Positions 8,813 to 13,958 of a DNA stretch of 13,958 nucleotides are shown here, in pieces. A model generated the notes under the pieces. That model was given only the letters and a program-made list of their open reading frames with translations, made no database searches and had not been told where the DNA came from. Made by a program: the position numbers and the translations under genes. The DNA lies in the NCBI GenBank assembly GCA_005222975.1, contig NJBI01000073.1:1-13958 (forward strand). Direction: 5' to 3'. Each line of letters opens with the position of its first letter. Position 1 is the first letter of the stretch. This DNA is from Promethearchaeota archaeon Loki_b31. GTDB taxonomy: Archaea > Asgardarchaeota > Lokiarchaeia > Sigyniarchaeales > SOKP01.

Positions 8813-9274
8813 ATGATTGACTCAAATACTATAGTAATGATGTTGAACTCATTAGAATCGACAGAGAATAAATTTAAATCTACATTAGATGAGTTAATTA
8901 AGTTGGGAATAACGAGTGCCAATAATTCCAAAGAAATCCATGAAGATTTAAAGTTGTACGAAGATACAATATACCATGTGTACATTTATGACATTGACTA
9001 TAACATATGGATAAAAAAAGTCGAAGGTTTTTTAACTTATAACAATTCGTATTACGAAGCGAACTCAGAGGAGATTAACGTCGTTCACATCATCCTTACA
9101 AAAAAAAATTTGAGAAAAATCATAACGCGAAAGATTCAAGTAGCAGATGCTTACATGAGGGGATTAATCAAAATTAGGGGATCAGATGAGTATATGAGTG
9201 GATTAATCAAAATTAAAAATATTTTAAAGTCTTTTTTTACTAATATGAATTATCTCGCAGAAGATATCAATTAA
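8813..9274 (+). CDS. Divergent SCP2-like protein, paralog D
   Basis: 153 aa. IWIKKVEGFLTY and ADAYMRGLIKIRGS are present, and the N-terminal half is collinear with paralog C (KF..LD..K.G...NN..E..E.L). Confidence 0.78.
   Translation: MIDSNTIVMMLNSLESTENKFKSTLDELIKLGITSANNSKEIHEDLKLYEDTIYHVYIYDIDYNIWIKKVEGFLTYNNSYYEANSEEINVVHIILTKKNLRKIITRKIQVADAYMRGLIKIRGSDEYMSGLIKIKNILKSFFTNMNYLAEDIN
9144..9215 (+). repeat. In-frame tandem duplication (33-nt units, 39-nt period) inside SCP2-D
   Basis: 9144-9176 and 9183-9215 match at 29/33 nt, encoding DAYMRGLIKI and DEYMSGLIKI. Confidence 0.85.
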
Positions 9275-9360
9275 AAAATTGCTTTTACGCGTGTAAAAAC
9301 TATACAAAAATTTTTTAGAAATAATGCTTAACAATAATATAATCTAAATTTTTTTACATT

Positions 9361-9463
9361 GGGCCTGTAATCTAGTCTGGATAGGGTACCCGGCTTCGGA
9401 CTGGGATGTCAAGTGGAAACTTCCATTGACCCAAAGTCGCAGGTTCGAATCCTGCCAGGCCCA
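9361..9463 (+). tRNA. tRNA-Arg(TCG) with a 28-nt intron in the variable loop (position 45/46); CCA not encoded
   Basis: Acceptor GGGCCTG/CAGGCCC, D-loop with GG and the Arg identity base A20, anticodon stem CCCGG/CTGGG with loop CT-TCG-GA (anticodon 9396-9398), T arm GCAGG-TTCGAAT-CCTGC. The 33-nt variable region reduces to ATGTC when 9408-9435 is removed. Confidence 0.93.
9408..9435 (+). other. tRNA intron with relaxed bulge-helix-bulge/loop motif
   Basis: Central helix TGGG/CCCA, bulges ATG and AAG, inner hairpin TCAA(G)TGGA-AACT-TCCATTGA. The outer helix is not in canonical register, so the motif is a relaxed type. Confidence 0.8.
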
Positions 9464-9760
9464 CTAGATTTTTAATTTTATTTTCAAATTTGATTGATAA
9501 GTGGCAATTGAATCGTTGTTTAATAATAATTTCCAGAAACTGTCAATAATCTCTCCCGCATCGTTATAATGTTTAGCGTTTAATCTTTCTTCTGAGCCTT
9601 CTACTTTAGAATTAAAGTAATTGTACACACTATTGATGAATTTAGAATATTCGAAGGAAATAATTATTTTTTCGATATCAATCAAGTGTTTTATAAGGAA
9701 TTTTTTATTTTTAAACTGATTAACATAAAGTTCTATATCAAATTTCATTGTATCAGACAT
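9464..9760 (-). CDS. Hypothetical protein (98 aa)
   Basis: ATG-started ORF in very AT-rich DNA with no motif. Its TAG stop abuts the tRNA-Arg discriminator base. Confidence 0.55.
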   Translation of the reverse strand: MSDTMKFDIELYVNQFKNKKFLIKHLIDIEKIIISFEYSKFINSVYNYFNSKVEGSEERLNAKHYNDAGEIIDSFWKLLLNNDSIATYQSNLKIKLKI

Positions 9761-10033
9761 ATTTTTTATATACTTGTTATACGATTTGTGGTAATAATTT
9801 ACATTTTTGTTATGAAAAAGTTTTTTATCAATAATATAATAAAATAGAGATTATTTAAATCTAACCACCCTTTAAATTTGATTTTTCAATAAAATTTTAA
9901 TCTTTTCATTAAGATATTTTTACAACAAAAACGAAATGTTTAAATACTAATTTGTTCTAAATTATAATAACACACACAACTTTTTTTGTTAAGGGGGTTT
10001 TTTACCACAAAAAAATATCGAAAAATATAAAAA

Positions 10034-10834
10034 ATGCTAGTACTAGAGAATGTTTATCAAAAAACATTGGAACATCCAAGCTCAATGGACCTATTGGGGG
10101 TTGGACTAGTCTCAATGACAGAGAAGTGTTATAATATTGTTTTTAGTAAGGGGATAAAGCGTTCTCTAATAAAATTACTAATCAGATTCTATCGTTCTGA
10201 AATTCTTGAAAAGAAGGAAGGGAAAAGAATAAAATTATTAGGGGCTTATACAATTTACGTTCACTTTTATACAATTGAAGATGAACATATTTCTATATTC
10301 TATGTAAGTGAGACAAACAAGCTAATTAAATACGATGGCCTTTGTTCGCTCTCAAAACAATTACTTAATTCATATTGTTCGAACGCCACATTTTCAGAAA
10401 TCAATCAATTGTGTAATCGAGCTATCCCTAGTGCTAAAGAACTTTCAGCTCTTTTAGTAATAAACACGACAGGTCATTCGCTATTTACGAAAGTTAGAAA
10501 GGATAAAAAGTATTTGGCAGATAATTTTATAATAATATCGGGTTTTATATCAGCTATTTTAACATTTTCTAATGAAGTTATTGGAAAAAATACGGGTGAT
10601 ACTCTTCAAGCAATTAATTTCGAAAATCAGCAATTCCTTTTAACTGTTAAAGAGGGCGTTATATTTGCGTATTTAATTGAGGACTTTACAAAATCAAAAA
10701 ATATTAAAAGATTTATGGAGTTATTAATTGAGGAGTTTCTAGACCAATATTGCGATTGCCTTGAGGATTTTAACGGAGAAATAAGCCAATTTAGCAATTT
10801 TGAGCGCGTAGTTGATAAATATTTTGATATATAA
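10034..10834 (+). CDS. Longin-like domain protein (C-terminal longin; N-terminal domain unassigned)
   Basis: The C-terminal ~130 aa (LLVINTTGHSLF...ISGFISAILTFSNEV...LQAINFENQQFLL...IFAYLI...EEFLDQY...FSNFERVVDKYF) follow the beta-beta-alpha-beta-beta-beta-alpha-alpha longin pattern typical of Asgard proteins. Confidence 0.72.
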   Translation: MLVLENVYQKTLEHPSSMDLLGVGLVSMTEKCYNIVFSKGIKRSLIKLLIRFYRSEILEKKEGKRIKLLGAYTIYVHFYTIEDEHISIFYVSETNKLIKYDGLCSLSKQLLNSYCSNATFSEINQLCNRAIPSAKELSALLVINTTGHSLFTKVRKDKKYLADNFIIISGFISAILTFSNEVIGKNTGDTLQAINFENQQFLLTVKEGVIFAYLIEDFTKSKNIKRFMELLIEEFLDQYCDCLEDFNGEISQFSNFERVVDKYFDI

Positions 10835-10944
10835 TTGCGTTCTTATTTAGGTTTGAAAAATCAAATATATTTTTTTTACTAAACAATTTTAAGTTCCAAT
10901 CTTTGCGGGACATTCGTACTCGTAATTAATTTTACACAAACATA

Positions 10945-10952
10945 TTTATAAA
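10945..10952 (+). promoter_or_regulatory. Putative TATA box for a leaderless roadblock transcript
   Basis: TTTATAAA ends 24 nt before the ATG at 10977 and no SD is present. A second TTTATAAA lies at 10959-10966. Confidence 0.4.
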
Positions 10953-10976
10953 TAAAGATTTATAAATTATTTAGAA

Positions 10977-11333
10977 ATGACTGTTTTGTTAGATTTAGAT
11001 TTAATTTTAAATTCACTTGTTAGCGAATTAGGACCAGCAGTTTATTTCATATTGATATCGTCGGAAAATGGAGTAATTAAAAAGTCCTATATAAATGAGG
11101 AAGAGTTTAACAAAGCTTCTATTTCTTTAAATATTTCTCAATTATATGAATTAGCAGAGGAAACAACCGAAAGTATAGGTTTACATAGTCCAGATTTTAA
11201 TATAATTCATTCTGATAATTATTATATTTTATCAATAAAAATTCTCGAAAAGTTGATTATCCTTTTAACTGAGGACCAAATTGATGTGAAAAAAATCTTC
11301 AAAATTATTAACAGTTCAGTCGCTCCTCCTTAA
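10977..11333 (+). CDS. Roadblock/LC7 (MglB-like) domain protein
   Basis: 118 aa with an alpha-beta-beta-alpha-beta-beta-beta-alpha pattern: LILNSLVSEL, YFILISSENGVIKKS, QLYELAEETTESIG, IIHSDNYYILSIKI..LIILLT. Confidence 0.7.
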   Translation: MTVLLDLDLILNSLVSELGPAVYFILISSENGVIKKSYINEEEFNKASISLNISQLYELAEETTESIGLHSPDFNIIHSDNYYILSIKILEKLIILLTEDQIDVKKIFKIINSSVAPP

Positions 11334-11494
11334 TATCTTAAACCATTCTCAAGATAAACTAAATCTATGATAATTCAAATAGATCAAAATCAAATAATTA
11401 ATTTGATAACTATAAAAATAATATAAATATTGGTCTCTTTAACTCATATATATCATTCAACTAATTATTTCATATAAAGAAGAAGTGATTAAAA

Positions 11495-11980
11495 ATGCAT
11501 TACGAACGAAATGAATACCACGAGGGCTTCAATATTTGTGGATTAATTATTGCAGGAGCTTTTTTGTATTGGGGTTTTAATAATTTGATTAATTGGGGGT
11601 TCTGGTGGTGGTCAGGCTTCATTTTAGTTGCTATTGGAATATCCATAATATCAAGCCAAATATATAAACTTACTAATAGAAGCAAACTAAGAAATGTCGT
11701 TAAACAAGAATTTGAGCAAAATCCTAACGCTTCAATTGAGGAAATTGCTAGTAAAACGGGAATTACGATTAAAGATATTCGAGCAATAGTGTTAGACTTG
11801 AAAGCAAGGGGAGAATTAAGAGGGAAATTTTCGACTAAAACAGGCGAAGCAAAATATATAGACGTTACAACTTCTAATCGACCAGAGCCTCAAGAAAAAG
11901 GGAACTACTGTGCAAACTGTGGCACACCTATTAAGAATGAGTCTGCATTATATTGTGCCTACTGTGGAGCAAAGGCTTAA
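11495..11980 (+). CDS. Membrane protein: 2 TM + winged helix (PCI-like) + C-terminal Zn ribbon, paralog 1
   Basis: Two hydrophobic N-terminal helices, ASIEEIASKTGITIKDIRAIVLDLKARGELRGKF, and CANC-x11-CAYC. Confidence 0.8.
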   Translation: MHYERNEYHEGFNICGLIIAGAFLYWGFNNLINWGFWWWSGFILVAIGISIISSQIYKLTNRSKLRNVVKQEFEQNPNASIEEIASKTGITIKDIRAIVLDLKARGELRGKFSTKTGEAKYIDVTTSNRPEPQEKGNYCANCGTPIKNESALYCAYCGAKA

Positions 11981-12111
11981 CGAATAACAAATAAATTTTT
12001 ATTTTACTTTTTTTTGATAATTTTTAAATTCTAAATTAATAATTTCTAAAAATTGGACCATAGAAAAGATATATTTAATGGCATTTTTATTTAATTAAAA
12101 ATCAATTGTAA

Positions 12112-12615
12112 ATGATAGAGATGAAATACAAAAAAGACCAATATATTAATGGTTTCTCGATATGTGCTTTAATTTTCGCAGGCATATTTTTCTACTGGGG
12201 TATTAACGGATTTATTGATGGTTTTTGGCGATTTCGTGTTGATTGGATAAACTTTCTTTGGATTGGAATAGGATTCGCTATTTTAGTAAGTCAAATTGCA
12301 GCTATTGCTAATCGTAGTAAATTAAAAAATGTTGTATCGCATGAATTTGAACACAATCCCAATATTTCCGTAGAGGAGATAAGTAATAACACGGGCATTT
12401 CAGTCAGAGATATTCGAGCGATTATTTTAGATTTGAAATCTTCAGGTAGGTTAAGAGGTCAATTTTCTACTCAAACTGGAGACGCTAAGTCAATGCGAAT
12501 TGAGAAGGAAGAAGAGCATGTTATTCAAGAACATTCAAAATTCTGCCCCAACTGTGGGACACCTATTAGTAAGGATGAGGCCGTATATTGCGCATATTGC
12601 GGGTCCAAATTCTAA
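12112..12615 (+). CDS. Membrane protein: 2 TM + winged helix (PCI-like) + C-terminal Zn ribbon, paralog 2
   Basis: Same architecture, with 41/60 aa identical to paralog 1 across the winged-helix core and CPNC-x11-CAYC. Alignment suggests the start may be the ATG at 12121. Confidence 0.8.
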   Translation: MIEMKYKKDQYINGFSICALIFAGIFFYWGINGFIDGFWRFRVDWINFLWIGIGFAILVSQIAAIANRSKLKNVVSHEFEHNPNISVEEISNNTGISVRDIRAIILDLKSSGRLRGQFSTQTGDAKSMRIEKEEEHVIQEHSKFCPNCGTPISKDEAVYCAYCGSKF

Positions 12616-12689
12616 CTTATATACTTTTTTTTTAAGTTTCTTTTAAAATTTTTTTAAAAATCAATGAAATAAAATAACTTATTTTAAAT

Positions 12690-12709
12690 TATCCTAAAAG
12701 GTTAGGATA
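12690..12709. terminator. 8-bp hairpin between convergent genes, with oligo-T tracts on both strands nearby
   Basis: TATCCTAA-AAGG-TTAGGATA. A T-tract follows the stop at 12615 (+) and an A8 tract at 12721-12728 is a T-tract for the minus-strand gene. The function is inferred. Confidence 0.35.
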
Positions 12710-12732
12710 GAGAGAATAAGAAAAAAAATTTA

Positions 12733-13716
12733 TTAGGGAGGATATCGCAATTCATATATGCTTTTTCCCCCATTTAATGGTCCTTTAATGTATGGTTCAA
12801 TTTCCTTTGGATCTCGTTGCGTAATTTCTTCAATTGGTGTAAGTTTTCCTGGTGGAAATGTTTTCAATATATCGCTTACTAATTTCTCCAAGTAATCTAA
12901 GAGAGCTTCTATTCCAGGTTTTCCTTTTTCAAAACTTCCTTTACTTGGGTATCCCACATTCCCTTCAGGATATGCAGCCACCTCTATTGGACCGAAACCC
13001 ACTTGGCCATACCATTTAATTGGTTTCTGATAAATATTTCCTGCTTTATCGACATGTCCTTCAGGCATCCATCCAGTTGGCTTATTATCCGTCGCATTCT
13101 CTAGTTTAATCATTTCGGGAAAAAGAACCATAGAAAAAGAAGTTTCAGCTTCATCAGCGTGAATAAAAGGAGTATCAAACGGTCCACCATGCTCTTTATC
13201 CATACAATGCTTCGGAATAGCATGGTACCAATTAACATTACAGAGTACGGCTGGAAGTTGATAATTTTTTGCCCATTCATGAATAGCAGACGGTATAACA
13301 TATTCCTGTCCATGACCATTTAATAAGATTTGCTTTCTGAAACCTAAATTCCATAATCCCGTAATTACAGCACGTATCATTCCTTTAAAATATATTTCAG
13401 GAACAATAATTGACCCAGGCATTCCTAAGTGATGGTATGGATGACTACCATACCAAATAGGTTGAGCTACAGTACATCCCGTTTTCTGTGCCACTAACTC
13501 TGCCATTCTAGTTACAAGAAAAGTATCCTCGCCTATACATGCTGCGCCTCCGTGGTTTTCCGTTGATCCTAATGGAATAATTATTACATCATTTACTTTT
13601 AATCTCTCCTCGATTTCTTTGATTGACATTGTTTGTAGATATATCCCATCTGGTGAATCCATGTGACCACTACATAAATTTTCTGCGGGAGGAGGAAGAT
13701 TCCATTTTTTTTCCAT
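12733..13716 (-). CDS. iolN: 3-dehydro-scyllo-inosose hydrolase (creatininase family)
   Basis: 327 aa. Creatininase metal motifs GSTENHG, GEDT, LNGHG and HADEAETS, plus segments I recall as specific to Thermotoga IolN (GEDTFLVTRMAE, HPYHHLGMPG, GHVDKAGN, WYGQVG.GPIEV.AYPEG). AGGTGA SD at 13726-13731. Confidence 0.87.
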   Translation of the reverse strand: MEKKWNLPPPAENLCSGHMDSPDGIYLQTMSIKEIEERLKVNDVIIIPLGSTENHGGAACIGEDTFLVTRMAELVAQKTGCTVAQPIWYGSHPYHHLGMPGSIIVPEIYFKGMIRAVITGLWNLGFRKQILLNGHGQEYVIPSAIHEWAKNYQLPAVLCNVNWYHAIPKHCMDKEHGGPFDTPFIHADEAETSFSMVLFPEMIKLENATDNKPTGWMPEGHVDKAGNIYQKPIKWYGQVGFGPIEVAAYPEGNVGYPSKGSFEKGKPGIEALLDYLEKLVSDILKTFPPGKLTPIEEITQRDPKEIEPYIKGPLNGGKSIYELRYPP

Positions 13717-13809
13717 TTTTTATTTTCACCTAAAAATTAATTTTATATTAATAATTTTAGTCGTTCACATCTGATAAATATTTTAATAATAACAGATTTA
13801 GATAAGTAT

Positions 13810-13958
13810 ATGTTGCTTAGTATAGTTGCCGGATTAAACGAATCTAAAAGCAACAAAGAGGGCATACTCAAAAATTTTTCGTCGTTATGCCAATTATTAG
13901 CACCTTTAAAGTATGATGGGATAGAATTAAGCCTTCTTGAACCTGAAAAAGTCGATGT
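13810..13958 (+). CDS. N-terminus of a sugar-phosphate isomerase/epimerase (TIM barrel), probably 5-keto-L-gluconate epimerase IolO-like; runs off the window
   Basis: Not in the ORF track. Reads MLLSIVAGLNESKSNKEGILKNFSSLCQLLAPLKYDGIELSLLEPEKVD. YDGIEL is the family's first-strand motif, and M.LS.V plus E....P..VD resemble the IolO N-terminus as I recall it. Divergent from iolN. Confidence 0.65.
   Translation, partial: MLLSIVAGLNESKSNKEGILKNFSSLCQLLAPLKYDGIELSLLEPEKVD

Noticed and set aside
9361-9463. Selenocysteine or other class II tRNA because of the long variable region
   Set aside because: Anticodon TCG, A20 and the 7/5 acceptor/T stems fit tRNA-Arg, and the extra sequence forms a splice motif whose removal gives a normal 5-nt loop.
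7825-9760. Integrated element or genomic island at either tRNA
   Set aside because: No integrase or transposase, and I found no direct repeat of either tRNA 3' end in the window.
9863-10000. Loose inverted match between AACCACCCTTTAA and TTAAGGGGGTT
   Set aside because: Short, imperfect and about 115 nt apart, with no supporting structure or target-site duplication.
932-13319. Short overlapping ORFs (932..1117, 1365..1622, 3208..3474, 4234..4563, 5496..5696, 5548..5754, 7151..7345, 8803..8985, 11500..11685, 13110..13319)
   Set aside because: All lie largely or wholly within well-supported genes, in alternative frames or antisense, and show no motifs.
13769-13797. ATCTG-N19-CAGAT inverted repeat in the iolN/iolO spacer as an operator
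   Set aside because: Arms of only 5 bp with a long spacer, indistinguishable from chance without orthologous sequences.
1-13958. CRISPR array or rRNA
   Set aside because: No regularly spaced 25-40 nt repeats, and no extended GC-rich structured RNA other than the two tRNAs.

Overview
AT-rich (roughly 30% GC by eye) archaeal chromosomal window, most likely from an Asgard archaeon (Lokiarchaeia-like). This assignment is inferred from bulge-helix-bulge tRNA introns, TATA promoters, GGTGA-type Shine-Dalgarno sites, and longin, roadblock and multiple SCP2 proteins. Left to right: the 3' end of a B12-binding radical SAM gene; an acyl-CoA transferase/hydrolase fused to a GNAT domain; a hypothetical gene; an extended HtpX/M48 protease; a U32-family Fe-S hydroxylase; four SCP2 (sterol-carrier-like) lipid-binding paralogs in two divergent pairs around tRNA-Asp(GTC); tRNA-Arg(TCG); an orphan ORF; a longin-like protein; a roadblock/LC7 protein; two tandem 2TM + winged-helix + Zn-ribbon paralogs; and a divergent iolN / probable iolO pair of the Thermotoga-type inositol pathway. 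Both tRNAs carry introns at non-canonical sites (59/60 and 45/46). The best candidate for an undescribed system is the SCP2 array (two very acidic and two neutral members with basic C-terminal helices) beside longin, roadblock and membrane-anchored winged-helix genes. No mobile element, CRISPR array or rRNA is visible. All family assignments come from motif recognition, not database searches.
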